A stretch of DNA of 64,000 bases from NCBI GenBank assembly GCA_964576515.1, contig CAZNUW010000008.1, positions 36,307 to 100,306 of the forward strand. The letters are read 5' to 3'. This DNA comes from an uncultured Rhodobacterales bacterium (GTDB lineage Bacteria > Pseudomonadota > Alphaproteobacteria > Rhodospirillales > Rhodospirillaceae). The notes beneath the pieces were generated by a model. The model made no database searches, was not told the DNA's origin, and saw only the letters and a list, made by a program, of their open reading frames with translations. Position numbers and translations under genes: made by a program. Each line of letters begins with the position of its first letter. Positions within the stretch are counted from its first letter, which is position 1. Below, one piece after another: positions 1 to 7,570 of this stretch.

Positions 1-63
1 CCAGCCGAGAGCCCAGGGGACCGCGCTTGAGAATGCTCAACCTCGACAACTGGCAGATTTGAT

Positions 64-1176
64 ATGAGCGGACAGAAACCGGACGCCTATTCCGCCGCGG
101 GCGTCGACTACACCAAGATCGATCCCCTCAAGATTTCCGCGCAGAAGGCCGCCAAGCGCACGGCCGCGCATCTGGGGCGTTTCGGGTTCACTGAGATCGA
201 AGAATCCCGCGGCGAGTCCGCCTATCTTGTGGATATGGGCGACATCATTGTCGCCTCGATCACGGAATGCCTGGGCACGAAGGTTCTGATCGCCGACCCA
301 ATGCGCGCGATCACGGGCCGCACCTATTTCGACTCCCTCGCCCAAGACACCCTGGCGATGGCGGTGAACGACATCATCACCGTCGGCGCGACGCCGGTGA
401 GCGTGCATGCGTACTGGGCCGCCGGCGGCAGCGATTGGTTTTCCGACGCCCAACGTTCCGAGGATCTCGTGCGCGGCTGGGAAAAAGCCTGCAACATCTG
501 CGGCGTGAGTTGGGGCGGCGGCGAAACGCCGAGCCTGGGCGGGGTCGTCATGCCGGGCACCATCGATCTGGCGGCGTCATGCGTCGGCGTGATCCGGCAG
601 CGCGAGCGGCTTTCCCTGGGCGACAAGCTCGCCGCGGGCAATGCGATCGTGATTCTCGCGTCCAGCGGCATTCATGCCAACGGCGTTTCGCTGGCCCGCA
701 AGACGGCCGCCGAGACGAAAGACGGCTACAGCGCCAAGCTGAGCGACGGACGTTTGTTCGGAGACGCGCTGCTCGATCCGACGGTGTTGTATTCTCCAGT
801 CACCGAAGCGCTGTTCGCCGCCGGGATCATCCCGACCTACTGCGCCAACATCACCGGCCACGGCTGGCGTAAAGTGATGCGCCATCCGGCCCAGTTCACC
901 TATCGCTTCCATACGCTGCCGCCGGTGCCGCCGGTGCTTTCGTACTTGAGCGACGCCGCCGAACTGAGCCCGACCGACGCCTACGGCACGTTCAACATGG
1001 GCGCGGGTTTCGCGATCTTCGTCGATGCGGCACAGGCCGAGGCGACGGCGGAGACGGCGCGGAAGGCCGGTGTTGACGCGTGGGTGGCGGGTACGGTTGA
1101 GGCGGGTCCGAAACGCGTGGCGATCGACCCGATCAACGTCGCCTTCTCAGGCGAGGAACTACAGCTTCGCGCCTAA
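64..1176 (+). CDS. AIR synthase (PurM)-family protein, divergent from canonical PurM
   Basis: 370-aa ORF with GC3 bias. AAGVDY near the N-terminus, AMAVNDIITVGA and GGGETP motifs fit the PurM/AIR-synthase fold. The N-terminus is atypical, so strict orthology is not asserted. Confidence 0.7.
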   Translation: MSGQKPDAYSAAGVDYTKIDPLKISAQKAAKRTAAHLGRFGFTEIEESRGESAYLVDMGDIIVASITECLGTKVLIADPMRAITGRTYFDSLAQDTLAMAVNDIITVGATPVSVHAYWAAGGSDWFSDAQRSEDLVRGWEKACNICGVSWGGGETPSLGGVVMPGTIDLAASCVGVIRQRERLSLGDKLAAGNAIVILASSGIHANGVSLARKTAAETKDGYSAKLSDGRLFGDALLDPTVLYSPVTEALFAAGIIPTYCANITGHGWRKVMRHPAQFTYRFHTLPPVPPVLSYLSDAAELSPTDAYGTFNMGAGFAIFVDAAQAEATAETARKAGVDAWVAGTVEAGPKRVAIDPINVAFSGEELQLRA

Positions 1177-1208
1177 CGACGAACCGGCTTCGCTCGCTTC
1201 ACGAGACC

Positions 1209-1811
1209 TCATCTGACCTTACACGCCACCTCCGTATGGCGCGCGAGGTATTGCTGATGATACTCCTCGGCGTAATAGAACGCGCCTGCGATACGAATCT
1301 CGGTTCTCACGATCTTATTAGACGCCGCAAGGGCCGCGCCAAGAGCCGCTTTCGCCGTCGTAGCAGCCTCGCGTTGCCGCGCATTCAAGACAAAGATCGC
1401 CGAGCGATACTGCGCGCCGACGTCGATCCCTTGCCGCATGAACTGGGTCGGATCGTGATGGGTCCAGAAAATCTCCAGAAGCCGGTCGTATCGCGTTTGG
1501 CGCGGATCGAAAACAACGCGAACGACCTCGGCATGCCCGGTTTTTCCGGTACAGACCTCCTCGTAAGTCGGATTCTCCGTGAAGCCGCCGCTATAACCAA
1601 CATGGGTCGAATAAACGCCTTCGGTTTCCCAAAAAGTCTGCTCGGCTCCCCAGAAACATCCCATGCCGAACATGGCGACGTCCATCTCGCGCGGAAACGG
1701 CGGTACGATGCGATTCCTGTTTACGTAGTGAAATTTTCCCACGGCCAACGGCTCGCTTCGGCCGCGAAGCGCCGTCGTCCGGGTCGGCATCGTCGTCAGA
1801 GAAACAACCAT
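1209..1811 (-). CDS. msrA: peptide-methionine (S)-S-oxide reductase
   Basis: GMGCFWGAE catalytic motif and GYSGG..NPTYEEVCTGKTGHAEVV signature. An alternative start is Met8 at 1790. Confidence 0.9.
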   Translation of the reverse strand: MVVSLTTMPTRTTALRGRSEPLAVGKFHYVNRNRIVPPFPREMDVAMFGMGCFWGAEQTFWETEGVYSTHVGYSGGFTENPTYEEVCTGKTGHAEVVRVVFDPRQTRYDRLLEIFWTHHDPTQFMRQGIDVGAQYRSAIFVLNARQREAATTAKAALGAALAASNKIVRTEIRIAGAFYYAEEYHQQYLARHTEVACKVR

Positions 1812-1842
1812 TCAAACCTCAATAATGCCGTGGTGAACCTGT

Positions 1843-2136
1843 CTACGCACGCGGCGCGGCGGGATAGACTTGCCGCGTCGGTTGAATGACAACGCGCTCA
1901 AAGAGCCCGCCGATCCGGTAGGGGTCCGCGTCGGAAAATCTTTGTGCGTCGTCCAACGCCGCAAATTCACCGATGATGATCGATCCATGAGCGGTATTTG
2001 AATCCGGCGACAACATCGGACCCGCAAAAGCCAAGGTTACACCGGTCTTCTCGATCCACTCGAGATGAGCGGGACGGAGAAGTTGGCGCAACCCGGCATG
2101 GCCGGGTTTGTCGAAACACAGCAGCGAAATGAGCAT
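1843..2136 (-). CDS. YciI family protein
   Basis: About 97 aa from MLISLLCFDKPG... with PMLSPD..HGSIIIGEF...A..F...DPY. AGGAA lies 6 nt upstream of the ATG at 2136, so the ORF-track start at 2190 was trimmed. Confidence 0.75.
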   Translation of the reverse strand: MLISLLCFDKPGHAGLRQLLRPAHLEWIEKTGVTLAFAGPMLSPDSNTAHGSIIIGEFAALDDAQRFSDADPYRIGGLFERVVIQPTRQVYPAAPRA

Positions 2137-2401
2137 GGTCGTTTCCTGGAACATTTGCGGTTGGGGCAAAGACTCTTTCGCAGCTCCCATGTGCTACCCG
2201 CGGGTTCGTCAACGTTCGCACTTCGTTCGATATGAGATGGATAGCTGGTATGCAGTGATGGCATATCGAGGACCAATTGGAGAACGTTCCACCGTGCTCC
2301 CGGAATCACGCGCGTTGCGCGCGATCCGAGCGCCGCGGCCCTCCAACCGCGGACGCCGCTCGCAACGCGTCGCTTCACGATCGTCGCGCAACCGTGATCG
2401 G

Positions 2402-3133
2402 TCACATCACAGACTCCCAGCCGCTGCTTGGACGCGGATGCACGCCGCTTCCATGGACGGCGATGGACGCCAACGGCGGAGCGTGGCGGACCTCGTCCGT
2501 TAGGGCGTCAAGCACGATCGTCTTGTCGTCCCAGCGCACGTCACGCACAGCCTTCACCGACATGAGAACGTCGTGCGCCGTCCACCAATGGCTCCAACGA
2601 ATAAGCAGATGCGTAAGACGCCAGCCATCGTCGTCGACGATAAAATCATGCAGCTTGCCAAGCGCGCCGTTGCTTTCAGCGACGCCATACCCCGCGATTT
2701 CCACAAAGCTGCGCAAGTGAGGGTCCATCCTCCCGCGCGCCGGACCGTCGTCACCGATGCGTTGCAAGATGGGAAAGATATTCGGATCCATCGAGAGGGC
2801 GATCGCAGGAAAGCTTTCCAAACCATCCGCCGCGAACGCGACGGCGCGCGACGTCATCTGCATAGCAACCGGTGGGTCGTCCGCGACATCACGTCCATGA
2901 ACGACGCCATCGATCGACCAGGACGTAGGGAACCGTTGAGACCCTTCGTCGGGTTTCGTGAACGCCGAGGGCGGCACAAGGACTTTGTGCGGATGCATCC
3001 ACGTTCCAACCTCGACGACAAACCAGCGGATGCGCCAAGTCCGGTCATCTATGAGCGCGTCGGTAATCCGGCCGCATCGCGCGTTGCCGGCGTAAACATC
3101 GAACTCTCTCAGCGAAGAAACGCTCCACAGCAT
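2402..3133 (-). CDS. PRC-barrel domain protein (two PRC-like repeats)
   Basis: Repeated pattern 'V..G..G.I.D...D...W.I...VV' in both halves. AAGGAG lies 7 nt upstream of the ATG at 3133. Confidence 0.65.
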   Translation of the reverse strand: MLWSVSSLREFDVYAGNARCGRITDALIDDRTWRIRWFVVEVGTWMHPHKVLVPPSAFTKPDEGSQRFPTSWSIDGVVHGRDVADDPPVAMQMTSRAVAFAADGLESFPAIALSMDPNIFPILQRIGDDGPARGRMDPHLRSFVEIAGYGVAESNGALGKLHDFIVDDDGWRLTHLLIRWSHWWTAHDVLMSVKAVRDVRWDDKTIVLDALTDEVRHAPPLASIAVHGSGVHPRPSSGWESVM

Positions 3134-3184
3134 GACGTTCTCCTTTCTCCCGGATGACGAGGAAAGCGTCTCACGCCCCTTCAT

Positions 3185-3201
3185 ATTTGACTAAGTCATA
3201 T
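3185..3201. promoter_or_regulatory. candidate LysR-type operator (imperfect palindrome ATTTGACT-A-AGTCATAT)
   Basis: Core TGACT-A-AGTCA is a perfect 5-1-5 palindrome. It sits in the AT-rich divergent intergenic region between the PRC-barrel gene and the LysR gene. Confidence 0.3.
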
Positions 3202-3252
3202 TATTTTCGAATAAATACACAATTTATCATTTCATTTGGAAAGAGCGCTCCA

Positions 3253-4176
3253 ATGGACATCACGCTGGCACGGACCTTCCTTGAGGTGGTCGCTTGCGGC
3301 AGTTTCATCGTCGCGAGCGAGCGTTTGCACGTTACACAAACGGCGGTGAGCTCACGTATCAGAGCGCTGGAGTCTCATCTCGGCCGGAGATTGTTCGTTC
3401 GCAACAAGGCCGGCGCCAAACTGACGCCGGCCGGCGAACGCTTCCGGAAGTTCGCGATTACACTGGTACAGGTCTGGGAGCGAGCCCGACATCAAGTCGC
3501 CTTGCCGACGGGGCGCTCCGACGTCATCGGCGTCGGCGCAGATCTCAGTTTGTGGACCCCTGTCATGGCAAATTGGTTGATCTGGATGCACAGCGCGTGC
3601 CCACAAGTCGCCGTGCGCGTCGATGTCGATCTGCCCGCACGCCTCTTGGATGGTCTTCTCAATGGCTCGCTTGACGTCGCCGTCCTCTACGGGCTGCCGA
3701 CCAGTCCCGAATTTGTGTCGGAACTGCTGACGGATGAGAAGCTTGTGATGGTGACTTCGGCGCGCGACGGGATATTCGATCCGTCGCGTTATGTTCATGT
3801 GGATTGGGGCACAAGTTTCAGGGCAAATTTCGAGAACGCATTTCCGGACGCGGGCCTACCCAGCACGACGATCTCGCTAGGCCCATTGGCCCTCGCTCAT
3901 GTATTGGCCGTAGGAGGGTGCGGGTACTTCCGACTACGCGCCGTACAAGAGCACATTCGGGAAAAGCGATTGAGGCTCGTCAAAGACGCGCCCGAGTTCT
4001 CCTACTCCATCCACGCCGTCTATTCTCGCAAGAACGAGAGCCCGGTTTTGGACCAGGTGCGCCATGGATTGCGACTGAGCGCGACAAGCGAAGAGGAGCC
4101 GCCCCGACATCACAGCGCCAATCCCGCACGGCGGCAGGCCGAAGGAAAGCCTAGGAAGAGAGAAATCAGGCGCTGA
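3253..4176 (+). CDS. LysR family transcriptional regulator
   Basis: N-terminal HTH MDITLARTFLEVVACGSF..AS..LHVTQTAVSSRIRALE..LG..LF.R, followed by a LysR substrate-binding domain. Confidence 0.9.
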   Translation: MDITLARTFLEVVACGSFIVASERLHVTQTAVSSRIRALESHLGRRLFVRNKAGAKLTPAGERFRKFAITLVQVWERARHQVALPTGRSDVIGVGADLSLWTPVMANWLIWMHSACPQVAVRVDVDLPARLLDGLLNGSLDVAVLYGLPTSPEFVSELLTDEKLVMVTSARDGIFDPSRYVHVDWGTSFRANFENAFPDAGLPSTTISLGPLALAHVLAVGGCGYFRLRAVQEHIREKRLRLVKDAPEFSYSIHAVYSRKNESPVLDQVRHGLRLSATSEEEPPRHHSANPARRQAEGKPRKREIRR

Positions 4177-4212
4177 AGCCTCATAAACGTAAAAGCGCGG
4201 AGCCGCATAACG

Positions 4213-4306
4213 AACGGTGCATGGTGAAGAGCGGCGGCTCTTCGTCCGGCGGGGTTAAATCGGGTTATACCGGCCATGCACCGTTGGGGACCGTCATGAC
4301 AGTCCC
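4213..4306. other. unassigned structured element: 12-bp closing stem around two hairpins, followed by a 20-bp near-palindrome
   Basis: AACGGTGCATGG (4213-4224) is exactly complementary to CCATGCACCGTT (4274-4285). Inside are GAAGAGC-GGCG-GCTCTTC and a CCGG..CCGG arm. GGGACCGTCA/TGACAGTCCC follows at 4287-4306. It lies between convergent gene ends. Confidence 0.25.
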
Positions 4307-4392
4307 ATAAGGCGCCTGCGGCGACAAACGTATAAAATTGTATTTATTCGACGCTTTTCGTGACGTCATTCACGTCCGCGGCGCGCCCCGGT

Positions 4393-5019
4393 TCAGGCGC
4401 GGAGACGATCCAGGTCGATCTCGCGCGCGACAATCTTGCGCAAGACTTCAGGATAGAGCGCCTGTTCGCTTGCCTGCACACGGGCGGCGAGAGTCGCGGG
4501 CGTGTCGCCGGCTTCCACAGAAACTTTTGCCTGAGCGACCACATCACCATGGTCGTACTGATCGTCCACAAGATGGATGGTTGCGCCGGTTTCACGCTCG
4601 CCCGCCTTCAAGACGGCCTCGTGCACATGCGCGCCGTACATGCCCTGCCCGCCGAATTTCGGAAGCAACGCCGGATGCACGTTCAAGATACGCCGGTGAT
4701 AGGCTTTGAGCGTCGCCGATCCCAGCTTGCGCATGTAGCCAGCCAGGACAACGAGGTCCGCGCCGTGCGCCTTTAGCGCTTCGGCGATCGCGGCGTCGGC
4801 GGCCGCATCCGAGCCCGTGACTTTCGCACTGATATGCGCCCACGGCACAGCGTTCTCCTGGGCCCAGGCAATGGCGGAGCTATCACGGTTATTGCTGATG
4901 AGGACCGCAGGTTCGGCGTCGAGCGTTCCGCCGCGGCACGCCGCAACGATGGCGCGCATATTCGTCCCGTTGTGGGACGCAAGAAAACCGATGCGCGGGA
5001 CGGCGGGCAGCGCGGTCAT
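4393..5019 (-). CDS. purN: phosphoribosylglycinamide formyltransferase
   Basis: LASHNGTN, VVLAGYMR.L and NVHPALLP.F.G motifs plus HLVD..YDHG. Confidence 0.9.
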   Translation of the reverse strand: MTALPAVPRIGFLASHNGTNMRAIVAACRGGTLDAEPAVLISNNRDSSAIAWAQENAVPWAHISAKVTGSDAAADAAIAEALKAHGADLVVLAGYMRKLGSATLKAYHRRILNVHPALLPKFGGQGMYGAHVHEAVLKAGERETGATIHLVDDQYDHGDVVAQAKVSVEAGDTPATLAARVQASEQALYPEVLRKIVAREIDLDRLRA

Positions 5020-5045
5020 GATGCGTGCCCGCCGTTCCGTAATCG

Positions 5046-5468
5046 TTAGCCGACGATTTCGATGCCGGAGAAGAAGAACGCGATTTCGATCGCGGCGTTC
5101 TCCGGCGAGTCAGAACCGTGGACGGAGTTGGCTTCGATGGATTCCGCGTGGACCTTGCGAATGGTGCCTTCGGCGGCGTTCGCCGGATTGGTGGCGCCCA
5201 TGATTTCGCGATTGCGGGCGACCGCGTTCTCGCCTTCGAGAACCTGCGCGACGATCGGGCCCGAGATCATGAAATTGCACAGATCGTTGAAGAACGGACG
5301 TTCCTTATGGACGCCGTAGAAGGCTTCGGCTTGCGCGCGGGACAACTGCAGACGCTTCTGCGCGACGATGCGCAGGCCGCCCTGCTCCAGCATCGCATTG
5401 ATGGCGCCGGTCAGGTTGCGGCGCGTGGCGTCGGGCTTAATGATCGAGAAGGTGCGTTGAATGGCCAT
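5046..5468 (-). CDS. ndk: nucleoside-diphosphate kinase
   Basis: [14 protein letters not shown]..., NAVHGSDS active-site His motif, 140 aa. Confidence 0.95.
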   Translation of the reverse strand: MAIQRTFSIIKPDATRRNLTGAINAMLEQGGLRIVAQKRLQLSRAQAEAFYGVHKERPFFNDLCNFMISGPIVAQVLEGENAVARNREIMGATNPANAAEGTIRKVHAESIEANSVHGSDSPENAAIEIAFFFSGIEIVG

Positions 5469-5578
5469 GGCGTTCCGTATCGCTCCAGAGGTGATGTTAG
5501 GAAAATGAACCGAAATTTGCGCGGTTTATAGACAAGTGCGCCCGCCTGCGCAACCGAAGCCCACCCACCAGCTAACCC

Positions 5579-5995
5579 TCAGTTAAGAGGGGCTTTTCGC
5601 GCCGGTTCGGCGACCCGCGGATCGACCTGGGCGGGGCCGGCCTGGTGATGGACCATCGCCCAGAGGGAACCGGCCCGGACAAACACATTGGTTGCGGCGA
5701 GAAATTCGACACGCGACGCCATCACCAGCTTTTCAACGCACATGACCAAAGCCACGTCGCCGCGCACCTGAACCTTCTCGGCATGGCACGTGATCCGCGG
5801 CGATTCCGGATTACCCATAATGGCCTGCCAACTCCGCAAGACCGCATCGCGCCCGACGATGGCCACGCGTCCCGGGTGGATGCAACTGACCGCCTTGTCT
5901 TTGGCCCACACCTCGTCCATCGCGCCCGCGTCGCGCGCGGAGAACGCCGCATAGAACGCGGTATTGGCGAACAGGATGGCGTCATGCTCGGACAT
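5579..5995 (-). CDS. SnoaL-like / NTF2-fold (DUF4440-like) protein
   Basis: 138 aa from MSEHDAILFANTAFYAAFSARDAGAMDEVWA. The long upstream ORF extension overlaps the esterase gene and was trimmed. Confidence 0.65.
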   Translation of the reverse strand: MSEHDAILFANTAFYAAFSARDAGAMDEVWAKDKAVSCIHPGRVAIVGRDAVLRSWQAIMGNPESPRITCHAEKVQVRGDVALVMCVEKLVMASRVEFLAATNVFVRAGSLWAMVHHQAGPAQVDPRVAEPARKAPLN

Positions 5996-6046
5996 CTTGT
6001 AGAGGATAAGACTGTTCTGTACCGCGAGGAAGCGCGAGGTTGTTTC

Positions 6047-6751
6047 ATGGCGAATATCGATGCACTTCAAGGCCCCACCCACGCGCCGGCGTCCGGTAAG
6101 GCGCCAACGGCGGCGGTGGTGCTGGTGCATGGCTACGGCGCCAGCGGCGACGACCTGATCGGCCTTGCCCCGTTTTTCGCGCAAGCCCTGCCCGAGGCGA
6201 TCTTCTATTCGCCGAACGCGCCCGATCCCTGGGAAGGCGGCGCCTTGGGCGGGCGGCAATGGTACAGTCTTGCCGGCTTCGATCCCGAGGCCATCAAACG
6301 CGATCCCTTGCGCATGGGCGACACCTTCCGCGCCATGAACGAGCGCGTCGTGAAGGCCGCCGTCCGTCTCGATTTGTTCATCGACCAAATCATTGCCGCG
6401 CACGATCTCGCGCCGGAACGCGTCGCCTTCCTCGGTTTTTCACAAGGCACGATCATGAGCCTGCACGTCGGCCTGCGCCGCGCGCAACAAATCGGCGCGA
6501 TCCTTGGGTTTTCGGGGGCGCTCAGCGCGGCCGACAAACTCGCCGGCGAGATCAAAACCAAACCGCCGGTCGCGTTGGTTCACGGCGCCGCCGATCCGGT
6601 GATCCCGGCGCAAGCAACGGTCGAGACCGAGAAAGTCCTGAAAGGGCTGGATGTGCCGTGCCAGTCGATGATCATCCCTGGGCTTCAGCACGGCATCGAC
6701 AATACCGGCGCGCAGTTCGGCGCGACCTTCCTGCGGCAGCACCTGATCTAA
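6047..6751 (+). CDS. phospholipase/carboxylesterase family alpha/beta hydrolase
   Basis: VVLVHGYGASGDDL, nucleophile elbow GFSQG, and late HG.ADPV..... / H motifs. Confidence 0.8.
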   Translation: MANIDALQGPTHAPASGKAPTAAVVLVHGYGASGDDLIGLAPFFAQALPEAIFYSPNAPDPWEGGALGGRQWYSLAGFDPEAIKRDPLRMGDTFRAMNERVVKAAVRLDLFIDQIIAAHDLAPERVAFLGFSQGTIMSLHVGLRRAQQIGAILGFSGALSAADKLAGEIKTKPPVALVHGAADPVIPAQATVETEKVLKGLDVPCQSMIIPGLQHGIDNTGAQFGATFLRQHLI

Positions 6752-6756
6752 CGCCT

Positions 6757-7164
6757 TCAGAGTGCCAAGCGGTCGGCCTCTTCATCGTCGTCGCGCTTGG
6801 CTTCCTTGGCCTTGTCCAATTTCTTGAACGCGCCAGGTGTGTGGTTGATCCGCGCCAGGCGTTTTTGACGCTCGCGCTTCTTCTCCTTGCCGCGGAGCCA
6901 GAACAGGACGCCGAGGATCGCGACACCGAGCCCGGCCCAGGGCAAGATTACGGTAATCGATTGTTCAAGTTGCATCTGTGCGCGCACTGACGAGCGGCAC
7001 TCGGGCAGATTTCGGCGGCAGGCGTCGCGTTGGGCTTGTTCGGAAGCGGACCGGAACCACGGCAGTTCGATGCCCTGCGTCGGCATGACTTGCGCCCGCG
7101 CTCCGGGCGCGTCCGCAAAGCCCAAGACGAGCACCAACGCAAAAATAAAGCACGTGCGGCTCAT
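6757..7164 (-). CDS. hypothetical exported/membrane protein with lysine-rich tail
   Basis: Signal-like MSRTCFIFALVLVLGFADAPGARA, one TM segment (ILPWAGLGVAILGVLFWL), then a KEKKRERQKR... tail. Confidence 0.45.
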   Translation of the reverse strand: MSRTCFIFALVLVLGFADAPGARAQVMPTQGIELPWFRSASEQAQRDACRRNLPECRSSVRAQMQLEQSITVILPWAGLGVAILGVLFWLRGKEKKRERQKRLARINHTPGAFKKLDKAKEAKRDDDEEADRLAL

Positions 7165-7463
7165 CGAGCCTTCCCCACCATTAGTCGCAACCATGTGAAC
7201 AATGTACAGGAATCAAAGACTTCTGCCCAGCATAGCGGCAACGCGCGCAATCGTTGTGCGCAGCAACATTACCAAGTCCGCGCTTCAATCATCCTCGCGC
7301 GCTTTGCTACACTTCGCGTACGACGCCGACATGAACTGTTTGGCAGGACCGCCGATGAACCCATCGCTGTCTCATCGACAGGAATCACAAAAGGAAGGAT
7401 CACGAAAGGAGACGGGCACCGCGCGCCACATCGACTGCGGTACAAGTAATGCGTGAATGAACG

Positions 7464-7491
7464 AGGGACCGAAGGGTCCCTTTTTGTTTTT
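7464..7491 (+). terminator. intrinsic terminator-like hairpin inside the long leader of the EF-G-like gene
   Basis: GGGACC-gaag-GGTCCC followed by TTTTTGTTTTT. It lies 80 nt upstream of the ATG at 7571. Confidence 0.5.
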
Positions 7492-7570
7492 CAGGCTTAG
7501 GATTTTTCAACGACGGGGATCACATCCAAGCGGCCATCTTTCAAGAAATGACTTCAGGGAGGAAGACGCC

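Noticed and set aside
4213-4285. Possible tRNA (73 nt, cloverleaf-like)
   Set aside because: The closing stem is 12 bp rather than 7. There is no GTTCRANYC T-loop, no D-loop signature, and no CCA or discriminator context.
5579-6751. Long overlapping forms of ORFs 5579-6403 (-) and 5645-6751 (+)
   Set aside because: The N-terminal extensions overlap each other antisense and are compositionally junk. Both were trimmed to internal starts (5995 and 6047) that give complete domains.
7202-7456. 84-aa ORF ending just before the leader terminator
   Set aside because: It has no RBS, lower GC3 than neighbouring genes, and a Ser/Ala/Arg-rich composition without structure. It is treated as part of a non-coding leader or sRNA candidate.
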